The position numbers and the translations under genes are program-made. A DNA stretch of 64,000 nucleotides from Phaeosaccion multiseriatum (Eukaryota > Protista > Ochrophyta, other classes): NCBI GenBank assembly GCA_965112735.1, contig OZ218959.1:186001-250000 (forward strand). Reading direction: 5' to 3'. Numbering within the stretch: position 1 is the first letter of the stretch; every line of letters begins with the position of its first letter. Under the pieces are notes generated by a model, which was given only the letters and a program-made list of their open reading frames with translations, did no database searches and was not told the DNA's origin. Positions 37,699 through 47,044 of this stretch are shown piece by piece.

Positions 37699-38830
37699 AT
37701 GATTGGTGGTCTGTATGTGATGCTGTTTCTGGCAACGCTCCTGCAGCGTGGAGGAGCGGACGAGTCAGGGCCTGCGGAACAGCTTCGTCGAGGCCTTCAG
37801 ATCATAGGCGCAGGTACTTGACGTCTACAGCTATTGAATTAACCATTCCGTGGCCTACCTTGTACTCCCTTACGTGCCTAACCTTACTTCCACGCACGTC
37901 CCTTCTCTCTTAATCTAAACATGCCTTACTACGCTCTGTTGAAGAAGGACAAACCCGTAGTTTTGGTGGCCCACGGGGCGTACAAAGTCCCTAGGATGGT
38001 ATCAATAGCGACGCCCCTGCGAACCAAGCTAAATCCTTTCCCTGCTTTGCGTGATGGACGGGCCTTGTTCCGCAGGGTATGGGCGCACCGGCACCTTGTC
38101 GTTAAAGAAAGCTCTCGATCACTTGGGCTACTCCACGTATCACATGGTAGAGATACTTGAGAACTTTCGAAAGCGCGACTTTGACAAGTGGTCGGAGTAC
38201 TTCAATGGACAGACGGACTTGACAGACTTGACGAGCACGGTGTATGAGTCTCTCAACTATACGGCAGCTGTAGATCATCCCACTAGCGACATCTGGCCGG
38301 AGCTTGCTCAGCACTACCCAGACGCCAAGATTATTCTCACGGAGCGGTCAACGCCTGAAGAGTATTGGGAATCGGCGAGTAAGACGACACTCATTCCGAA
38401 CCTTCCCATGCAGATCGTCCTGACTGTTGCGCCCTTCTTCCGGAGAATGAAAGTCTTCATCACAGCCTTGCAGTCCTCCACGTTTGGGCTCGATCGACCA
38501 ATCACCGAGGACGACAAGGATCTGGTGATCCGAAAGTACAGCGAGAACTCGGCCAAGGCTCGCGCTCTGGCGGTGGAGGCTCCCGATCGAGTGCTAATCT
38601 ACCAAGTTTCGCAAGGCTGGGAGCCTCTATGTGCGTTTCTTGGCAAGGAAGTACCGAAAGGTGTGCCCTTTCCCTCCGGTAACACCAGGGCCGAGTTTCG
38701 ACTGCGTTGGGTAATCATCCTGGGTGTGCTGGCTGGTGGCTTGCTTCTCTTGGCTCTGTTGGCACGGACAGTCGTGCGCAAATTGTCCTCGGCAATTGCT
38801 TCTACCGCTGCGGCCCCCAAGCTCGACTAA
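37699..38830 (+). CDS. Sulfotransferase-like P-loop protein (Sulfotransfer_4 type) with signal peptide and C-terminal TM anchor, 2 exons
   Basis: Exon 37699-37813 MIGGLYVMLFLATLLQRGGA...LQIIGA; exon 38076-38830 GYGRTGTLSLKKALDHLGY..YHM, YPDAKIILTER, GWEPLCAFLGKEVP..PFP..N, then WVIILGVLAGGLLLLALLA. Confidence 0.9.
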
Positions 38831-39305
38831 AGCTGCACTGCATGCATGCTGCCTTGGCCGGTTTGGTGTTTATGTAATCCTCTTCGGTTCATGTATTTAA
38901 GCTTGAAGAAAGTAATCGAGAGAGGGGAATTTTGTACTTATTATTGTTTTTATAACTCAAGAATATTAAGGTTGGAAGCCTCCCGTCCTCATCACCCTGC
39001 CCACTCAAAATTGATCATTCACGTGTTGCAATATATATTGCCCCCCCCCCCCCGCAATCTCCGATACCTCCAGGGCGCTGTTCAGATTATGCGCCACTCA
39101 ACTTTCTCCGTTGGTCTGCCTCGACAAGATCTATCTAGATGCTCTTTCTGCTGCGTGTGTGTATGTGGGTCGGTCCTCTGTGCAGCGCCGAAGTCTGCAC
39201 AGATTTGCACACTTCCTCCCATTCGTTGTATCTACAACTGTACATGCTCACATACGTCAAGCAGAGTGACGCAAAAGCCTTCCTCAGCTTTCCTCAGATC
39301 CGCAC

Positions 39306-40848
39306 TCAGCACAGGCCGAGCACGTTCTCCTGGAACTGCCCGGTGATGTTGCCCTGCTCGGAGTAGTTGCACGCCACGTACACCGACCCGCCGCTCTCGC
39401 TCGCGCCGCAGCCCAGGCTGGTGCTGCTTACCCACACCACTTGCGTGAAGTGTCCCGTGGCTCCGAGGTTTCCGTCGCACGCCGTCGTGGCGCACAGTGA
39501 AATCTCAGCGTACCTGCGGCACGGCGGATGGCAACAGACGGAGGCGGGATGGGTGGGTGGGCGTATCAGTCAGAGAGGGCGGCGCATCATTTATTCATCA
39601 CTCTCTACGCAATTGCATTACGGTCAGCCCTTTGAGCGAATGGCATCATTGGCCATGTTGTCGTGGCCTCCCCCACCACCACCACCACCCGGACTGTGAC
39701 CATCCAGTGCCATCACCCTGAGCATCGTACGCATATCCTTAACGCACGTACCATTGATCGATAGACCACGTGGCGATCTCGACAAAGTCCGAGCCGGAGG
39801 TGAAGGCGATGTTCTCTCCGACTCCGCCGGCGCCGCTGTGCGTGAGGCTCTGCGAGGCGGCCATCTGATCGGCCCACGCCTGCGCCTGACTCGCGAGGGC
39901 ATCGTCCCTGCACGATGGAGGAGGAGAGAAGAGAAGAAGGGAGGAGAGGAGAGGAGAGAAAAGGAGAGAGAAGAAGAGGGGAGGAGAGGGGAGGAGAAGA
40001 GAGTAGAGTAGAGTAGAGTGGAGGAGAGGAGAGGAGAGGAGAGGGAAAGGGAGAGGGGAGGAGAGGAGAGGCAGCGGGGCGTCGGCATCGCCAGACAGAC
40101 AGATCAGAAAGAGAGCCAGCAAAAGATTACTAAACGAAACATCAACGGAAAGAATGAGCCAGGCCTGCCTGAATCGAGTGTGCGTTGCTCACCATTGCAG
40201 GGCAGGGGTCTTGCATTGCAGACCTCTGTAGCTGTTGTGCTTGTCTAGGATCACGCTCTGCCAGCCCCCCCCAGTGGCAGGGGCTGCTGGAGAGGCGGGG
40301 GTGGGGGCGGGGTCGTTGGCGGGAGCCGGAGCAGGCCTCACGGGCTTCCCTCCTCCCTGAGCGGGGGTGGTGGGAGCAGGCTTCACAGGCTTTCCTCCCC
40401 CCTGAACGGGGGCGGGCGCAGGCTGGGCGGGTGCAGTAGGCGCAGGCCGGGCGGGGGCGGGAACCGGCCCCCCTCCTTGTTGTCCTTGATCTCCCGTTCC
40501 GGTCTGCCACGTTGTCTGCCATGTCTGGTCTTGTTGCTGCTGCTGAAGTGGTTGCTGTTGTTGTTGTTCTTGGTTTCCACCGGAAGCAGCATTGGCACCA
40601 CCAGCGGAGGCAAAGACACCACCAGCACCAGCAGTGGCCGCGGCACCGCCAGCAGAGACTGAGACACCGCCAGCAGAGGCAGTAGCGGTAGCAGCAGCAG
40701 GGACCTCTTTACCGGTCTTGAGTCTCCTCGCCATGTGCTTTCCTTGATTGACGGGAGTCGGCCTCCTCTCCGAAGCTGTCCCAAAGGTGGGAGGGCTGAG
40801 GAGGACGAGACCCAACAGGGCGAGGCAGGAACAGGCCACACGGCTCAT
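39306..40848 (-). CDS. Secreted CAP/SCP/PR-1 family protein with Pro/Ala/Gln-rich N-terminal linker, 3 exons
   Basis: Exons 40848-40193, ~39907-39752, ~39513-39306. Signal peptide MSRVACSCLALLGLVLLS; motifs ILDKHNSYR, LQWDDALASQAQAWA, GENIA, WYAE, GHFTQVVW..STSLGCG, VACNYSEQGN. Confidence 0.93.
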
Positions 40849-42880
40849 GATGATGGACTTGATGAAGACGCTGGTGAAGAGCGGGCCAAGCAAGGCAGGT
40901 TATGAGTAGTAGGGGGGGGCTCGCTCATCCCACCTCCTCTTGCTTGGCTGCTTCTCTCACATGGGACACGTCACACTTCTCCTCTTCCAACAACTCTTCG
41001 CTCTCACTCAGTCCGTACCCTCAATCCCGTCCCAACCAGGGTTACGCAGTGAATATCACATGCAGGTTAAGGTAGAGGAGCCACCGGTAGAGATGAATTT
41101 GTTGCGTTTCGATTGATTTTTGGAAACCGTTTCCCAAAGGTGTGGCGGAGGCGGAGCTTCGTCGTAGCCTCCGCCTCAGCGCAAGGACCAAAGCTGCATA
41201 AATTCGTACTGAGGTATCCGTAGCAGCGCTCGAGGCTACACCGAGAAGCAGGTGGAGCAACAGCGACCGAGCTCCCAACAAAGAAAAAAAGAGAGCTCAA
41301 AAGGAGCGAGAGTGGACTTGGAGGCGCTTTGCCTTTGTCGTAGGCCCTACGCGGCACCAGACCCCACTGTCGTAGGGCCGAAGGCGTCTCCATACGTCAG
41401 TAGGATTGAAAGCATCAACACCGTTCTCCACTATGTGAGGTTTCATTTTTGTTGGGGGCTTCCACCATTTTTGTGTTTTTTTGTTTTTTGGCCTCTCAGT
41501 CTCATCAGCCAGTTTCCCGCTCTTGGGTGCCGCCGCCACTCCTTCCGCTACTCTGAAGGGGAAGGAAGTACCGACAAGGCAGCCGGAAGGGAAGGATGGA
41601 AGGACATGAACATTTTTAACATTCGTGTCGTATCGGCTGCCCCAAACGATCCAAAAAAACAAAAAAACCCGCCAACCAAACCGCCACTAAACTGAAACTG
41701 AAACTGAAACCGACACGCAGACACGAACACGCACACGCACACACGCGCTCTCTCGCTCGCTCCCGCTCTCGGCACTACATGGGATTGCGCGCTCAACACA
41801 TCGTCCCTTTTGCAGCCTTTCGTTGTTTCTTTCTCTCTCTCTCTCTCTGGCCCTTGTCGTGTTAAGCTTCAGAAAGGCTGAAATTACGCATTTAGGCAAG
41901 ACAGCACACAGCGTTACGAAAGAACAATTCTTGATCCGACGAAAGTCGAACGAAAATCCAAGGCCTACGGGGGTTCAACCCCTGCCGGTCGGCTGTCTGT
42001 TTTTGCTGCCCTGGGGTGCTGACTGGCGGGCGCGAGTATAGAGGAGAGCGGAAGGGGATGATTTGCGCCAAATTTATTGAAGCTCCCTTTTGTATTTACT
42101 TTTGTGGAGCAGAGCTCCTTTTTCTAAGCGAGAGGTGGCGAGCTTCCCCAACGTGCTTTCCCTCCCCTCCCTTTCACAAAGCTAATAAGATGTTTTTTCC
42201 TACTACGATACCACGTTCCCATGGCACCAGCTGCTTTCGGCTGGTGTTGGTGTTGCCCCCCCCGGGGTCTGATCATCCCGCTGGTGCTGCCCAGTCTCCT
42301 CGCTGGCGTGTGTCTGAGAGCGACCCTCCGTTCCCCTTTTTATGATACCTGTCTCAAGATGAGATTCCTCAAGCTTCCCTCCCGATTGTGAATGCAGAAC
42401 TGTTAAAGTGCCGTTGAGCGGTGTTGTCCTTCTTCCTACTGAGCGTGCACTCAGCACTTCAAAAGCACAAGTCCCCAAGTCCCCGTGTACGTTAGCCAGA
42501 AACGCCCTTACAAGAGCTGCAGTCAAACCACCTGTAATATACAGTGCTGTAATCCCCCCCCCCCCTCTCCCCTCCCCTCCCCTTCCCTTCCCTTCCCTGC
42601 CCCCCTGCCTACGCACAGCCAAAGCCATCGCCGAAGCCGTGCCGTGCCAATTTCCGTATCTGCCGGTGTGACGCTGCTCCCCCTTCTCTTCCCCGTCCCC
42701 CCCGTGCTGGTGCTGGTGCGGCCCTCCGTAATTCAGGGGCAAAACCCTCCACACTCACTCACGGCCATGGTCAATGGTCAGTCCCACGACGGTCAATAGT
42801 CAGCCCCAGTGTGTGTGTCGTTGGGGCTTGTGGTAAGCCATGGTCAGCCCCCCGACAGTCCATAGTCAGTCCCACGACAG

Positions 42881-44581
42881 TCAATAGTCAGCCCCAGTGT
42901 CGTTGGGCTGTGGGTGGGGGTGGGGATGGGGAGGCCCGTTGTGAAGAGGCTCGTGGGGAGGAGGGCCGTGGTGGTGATGAGGGCCGTGGTGGTGAGGAGG
43001 GCCGTGGTGGTGATGAGGGCCGTGGTGGTGAGGAGAACCGTGGTGAGGAGGACCGTGGTGAGGAGGACCGTGGTGAGGAGCACCGTGGTGAGGAGGACCG
43101 TGGTGAGGAGGACCGTGGTGAGGAGGACCGTGGTGAGGAGGACCGTGGTGAGGGCGCCCAAAGGGACGGTATCCTCCTCCTCCCCCTCGTCCTCCTCGTC
43201 CACCTCGTCCTCCTCCCCCTCGTCCTCCTCGTCCTCGTCCCCCTCCCATGCGCTCTCCGAACAAGTCCAGCATTTCGAAGTTGATCGGTTGATATTCCTG
43301 CCACAGCTGCGGGGTGTGGTGGGGGGGTGTCGGCATAGTGTCGAAGCCCATGCCCCCAAACTCCAGTCCGCAAGGGGGAGGGCGCAGCAGGTCGTCCGCT
43401 CTCAGAGGGTCCGTGTGGGCTTCCCTCATCGCGTGCATCCGTTTGGCGTTACAAAAGCGCTTTCCTCCTCCTCTTCCGCCGCCGCCACCTCGGTGATGGT
43501 GCGGGCCGCGCATGCCGTACATCTTCTGTCCATACCGCCCCCCGCGTGAGGAGTGCAGTGTGTGGCGACCCACGAAGCCCTTAAAGGCGTCCAACTGCTC
43601 CTTGTGCAGAAGCCCGAGGCGGACGAAGCGGCCGGGACTCACCCTCAGGGCCTGGAGGAGAGTCAGCACTTCAATGTTGCTGTGAACCCCACAGTCCACG
43701 CTGTCCAGTAGAACAGAGAGCAGGGACCTCTTGTCGGAAGGAGAAAAGCCGGTCGGAGCGCCAATCGGGGTAGCCACAGGGGTCCCAGGCCCACCGATCG
43801 AGTTGGTGGCTGCCAAGTCGGCGGCCATGTCAAAGTGGAGCTTCTTCACCAGTCCAGCCCCCTTGAGTCGAAAAATAGGCAGCGAAGTGAGCGACAGAAA
43901 ATTCCACAGCTGGGATGGGGTCAAGCCCAGGCCGAACCACTCCTCGATGTGATTCACCGCAGCCTTAAGCACATCTGAGCCTTCCGGATCAGCCCGGATC
44001 TCCGCCTCCAGAGGGGCATAGCGCAGGACCTTTGCCTCTCTCATCGCCTGTCGTCTGCTGCTGCGCGGAGGAACCCACCCCTCGTTCTCGTTGTCCTCTT
44101 CCTCGTCGTCCTCCTCCTCCTCGTCCTCCTGCTCGTTGTCCTCGTGCCCGTCCTCATGTTCGTTCCCTCCCTTCTCGTCCCTCAGCCCCATTCTCGAAAC
44201 AGCCGAGGTGAAAGCATTCTCGTTCAAGTCAACATTCCCCTCACTAGTTGAAGTGGGGGCGGTCCTATTAGTGAGTCCGATGGAGATCCTGAGGGGGCGC
44301 TGCCGGAGGGCAAGCGCGAGTTCCTCATCCGAGTCGAAGGATATGGTGTCGCCCTCGTCGTCCGTGTAGGACAGGGAGATGCCCCGCTCCTGCTCGATGT
44401 GGAACGCGGATTTCACGAGCCTTGAGAGGCTCGCGAAATTGAGGGGGTGGGTGAGCGGAACGAGCCGCTGGATGTCCCCGAGCCGCACCTTCGCGGTGCG
44501 CACCTCGGTCTCAAGCGTTGAGTTCATCATTCTTCTTCTTCTCTTCTGTATGGACCGTTCTCCGAAACCAGCGCGCGACAT
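42881..44581 (-). CDS. Intronless PB1-domain protein with acidic tract, RGG segment and (HHGPP)n tail
   Basis: TAKVRLGDIQRL (conserved Lys) and LSYTDDEGDTISFDSDEELALAL (OPCA acidic motif) define a type I/II PB1 domain. C-terminus GGRGRGG... then about 13 HHGP-type units. Start at 44581 or at the MM near 44530. Confidence 0.85.
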   Translation of the reverse strand: MSRAGFGERSIQKRRRRMMNSTLETEVRTAKVRLGDIQRLVPLTHPLNFASLSRLVKSAFHIEQERGISLSYTDDEGDTISFDSDEELALALRQRPLRISIGLTNRTAPTSTSEGNVDLNENAFTSAVSRMGLRDEKGGNEHEDGHEDNEQEDEEEEDDEEEDNENEGWVPPRSSRRQAMREAKVLRYAPLEAEIRADPEGSDVLKAAVNHIEEWFGLGLTPSQLWNFLSLTSLPIFRLKGAGLVKKLHFDMAADLAATNSIGGPGTPVATPIGAPTGFSPSDKRSLLSVLLDSVDCGVHSNIEVLTLLQALRVSPGRFVRLGLLHKEQLDAFKGFVGRHTLHSSRGGRYGQKMYGMRGPHHHRGGGGGRGGGKRFCNAKRMHAMREAHTDPLRADDLLRPPPCGLEFGGMGFDTMPTPPHHTPQLWQEYQPINFEMLDLFGERMGGGRGRGGRGGGGRGGRGGRGGGGGYRPFGRPHHGPPHHGPPHHGPPHHGPPHHGAPHHGPPHHGPPHHGSPHHHGPHHHHGPPHHHGPHHHHGPPPHEPLHNGPPHPHPHPQPNDTGADY

Positions 44582-44589
44582 ACAGGTGG

Positions 44590-44622
44590 AAATTTAAATT
44601 TAAATTTAAAATTTAAATTTTA
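44590..44622. promoter_or_regulatory. AT-only near-palindromic tract (aaattt)n just upstream of the PB1 gene
   Basis: aaatttaaatttaaatttaaaatttaaattttat in a GC-rich background; likely a nucleosome-excluding or TATA-like element (inference). Confidence 0.4.
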
Positions 44623-44794
44623 TGCGCCCACGTTTGATGCGCTATATCTATCACTCCGGCCCTGCAGCTACGTTGCGTGAGGCACGGAGTGCGTGAGTAA
44701 GTCGTGATTGATGGGACACCAAATCAATTTACTTAATTACAAGAAAGAGGTGGATTGAAAGAAAGGCGAGCCAAAGCAAGCAATAATTCCATCC

Positions 44795-47044
44795 TTACTG
44801 CCCTCCTCCACCGACCCGCATAACCACCCTCCCCGGGTTGTGTTCGTCTTCCCATACTTCGATGCCCGGCCTCTCCTGCAAGTAGGCCAGCACCGCGGGC
44901 TTGAGAACGCTGACGCCGTCCTCACTGCCTCGGCCTCGGCCTGTGATGACTTGGATCTCACCCTCCACCTTCTCCACTGAGACCACATGACGAAGCGCTG
45001 CCTTGCTCGTTCCCCTGGTGAAGTCGTGCAAGTCCACCTCCTGCCCCCCTTTCTTCCAGTGATTCAAGATCCCTTGCGATACGGCCTCTGTGTACAGCTC
45101 GTCAGCAGCCTCCTCGTCACCACCCTCCTGCAGAGCATCAATGGTGGCACTGTAGCTGATTTCATTGGGAGCAAGTCCTTCTGCCCTCATCTCCCTCAGT
45201 AAACCCGTTGCCTCCACATGTTGCCCAGCCCTGGCGCATGCATTAATGGTGGCACTGTAGCTGATTTCATCTGGAGCGAGTCCTTCTGCCTTCATCTCCC
45301 TCAGTAAACTCATTGCCTCCACATGCCCCTGGCCAGCCCTGGCGCATGCATTAATGGTGGCATTGTAGCTGATTTCATTGGGAGCAAGTCCTTCTGCCTT
45401 CATCTCCCTCAGCACAGCCATTGCCTCCACATGTTGTCCAGCCCTGGCGCATGCATTAATGGTGGCGTTGTAGCTGATTTCATCGGGAGCGATTCCTTGT
45501 GCCTTCATCTCCCTCAGTAAACTCATTGCCTCCACATGTTGGCCGGCCCTGGCGCATGCATTAATGGTGGCGTTGTAGCAGATTTCATTCGGAGCGAGTC
45601 CTTGTGTCTTCATCTCCCTCAGTAAACCCATTGCCTCCACGTGTTGGTTGGCCCTGGCGCATGCATTAATGGTGGCACTGTAGCTGATTATATCGGGAGC
45701 AAGTCCCTCTGCCTTCATCTCCCTCAGTACAGCCATTGCCTCCACGTGTTGGCTGGCCCTGGCGCATGCATTAATGGTGGCACTGTAGCAGATTTCATCG
45801 GGAGCGAGTCCTTCTGCCTTCATCTCCCTCAGTAAACCCATTGCCTCCACATGTTGGCTGGCCCTGGCGCATGCATTAACGGTGGCACTGTAGCTGATTC
45901 CATTCGGAGCGAGTCCTTGTGTCTTCATCTCCCTCAGTAAACGCATTGCCTCCACATGCTGGCTAGCCCTGGCGCATGCATTAATGGTGGCGTTGTAGCT
46001 AATTTCATTCGGAGCGAGTCCTTGTGCCTTCATCTCCCTCAGTACAGCCATTGCCTCCAAGTGTTGGCCAGCCCTGGCGCATGCATTAATGGTGGCACTG
46101 TAGCTGATTTGATTCGGAGCGAGTCCTTGTACCTTCATCTCCTTCAGTAAACTCATTGCCTCCACGTGTTGGCTGGCCCTGGCGCATGCATTAATGGTGG
46201 CACTGTAGCAGATTTCATTCGGAGCGAGTCCTTCTGCCTTCATCTCCCTCAGGAAACCCATTGCCTCCACGTGTTGGCTGGCCCTGGCGCATGCATTAAT
46301 GGTGGCACTGTAGCTGATATTATCGGGAGCGAGTCCTTCTGCCTTCATCTCCCTCAGTAAGCGCATTGCCTCCACATGTTGGCTGGCCCTGGCGTATGCG
46401 TTAATGGTGGAACTGTAGCAGATTTCATCCGGAGCGAGTCCTTGTGCCTTCATCTCCCTCAGTAAACCCATTGCCTCCACGTGTTGGTTGGCTCTGGCGC
46501 ATGCATTAATGGTGGCACTGTAGCTGATTTGATTCGAAACAAGTCCTTCTGCCTTCATCTCCCTCAGTAAGCCCATTGCCTCCACATGTTGGCTGGCCCT
46601 GGCGCATGCATTAATGGTGGCGTTGTAGCTGACCACGTTTGGCCTGACGCCTTCCTCCCTCATCTCTGCCAAGAGAGCCAAGGCGCCCTTCCACCGCCCG
46701 CACTTCCCAATCGCTGTGATAGCAGCACTCATACAGTACACATTGGGCTTGAGGCCCTCTTGCCGTGCGCGCTCCAGAGTACGTGCCACCCTTTTCCAAT
46801 CCCTGCTCCTCCCCAGATCTTGAATCTCCCTCATGAGCCGTATCTGCCTCGACTTCTCATCTCCCCCAGTAGAGTAGCAGGACCATTGCTGCTGCAGTTG
46901 CTTCTGCTGATAGAGAGAAGAGTCAGCACGCCATTCAGCAGCGGTGCCTCCTGCTACTCCTGGCCCTCTTCTATTCCTGCCAATGCAAGAGGAGTAGCAC
47001 GCTCTGGCCACCCCCCTCAACGACATTGCTCTCATCATCAGCAT
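44795..47044 (-). CDS. Intronless PPR-SMR protein (16 PPRs plus C-terminal Smr/MutS2-like nuclease domain), likely mitochondrial
   Basis: ORF 44795-47206; preferred start MLMMRAMSLRGVARACYSS at 47044 (Arg/Ser/Ala-rich presequence, ...CYST). PPR array 46741-45059. SMR signature VDLHDF...IQVITGRGRGS...LKPAVLAYL...NPGRV. Confidence 0.93.
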   Translation of the reverse strand: MLMMRAMSLRGVARACYSSCIGRNRRGPGVAGGTAAEWRADSSLYQQKQLQQQWSCYSTGGDEKSRQIRLMREIQDLGRSRDWKRVARTLERARQEGLKPNVYCMSAAITAIGKCGRWKGALALLAEMREEGVRPNVVSYNATINACARASQHVEAMGLLREMKAEGLVSNQISYSATINACARANQHVEAMGLLREMKAQGLAPDEICYSSTINAYARASQHVEAMRLLREMKAEGLAPDNISYSATINACARASQHVEAMGFLREMKAEGLAPNEICYSATINACARASQHVEAMSLLKEMKVQGLAPNQISYSATINACARAGQHLEAMAVLREMKAQGLAPNEISYNATINACARASQHVEAMRLLREMKTQGLAPNGISYSATVNACARASQHVEAMGLLREMKAEGLAPDEICYSATINACARASQHVEAMAVLREMKAEGLAPDIISYSATINACARANQHVEAMGLLREMKTQGLAPNEICYNATINACARAGQHVEAMSLLREMKAQGIAPDEISYNATINACARAGQHVEAMAVLREMKAEGLAPNEISYNATINACARAGQGHVEAMSLLREMKAEGLAPDEISYSATINACARAGQHVEATGLLREMRAEGLAPNEISYSATIDALQEGGDEEAADELYTEAVSQGILNHWKKGGQEVDLHDFTRGTSKAALRHVVSVEKVEGEIQVITGRGRGSEDGVSVLKPAVLAYLQERPGIEVWEDEHNPGRVVMRVGGGGQ
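45164..46636 (-). repeat. 14 near-identical 105-bp coding tandem repeats (PPR2-15; one is 108 bp)
   Basis: The DNA core gccctggcgcatgcattaatggtgg recurs every 105 bp with few substitutions. Confidence 0.97.

Noticed and set aside
41042-42800. Several 70-180-aa ORFs
   Set aside because: No motif or convincing splice structure; probably UTR or intergenic.
45164-46636. CRISPR or non-coding satellite reading of the 105-bp repeats, and the periodic 64-65-aa + strand ORFs
   Set aside because: The repeats are in-frame PPR motifs on the minus strand; the small ORFs are antisense shadows.
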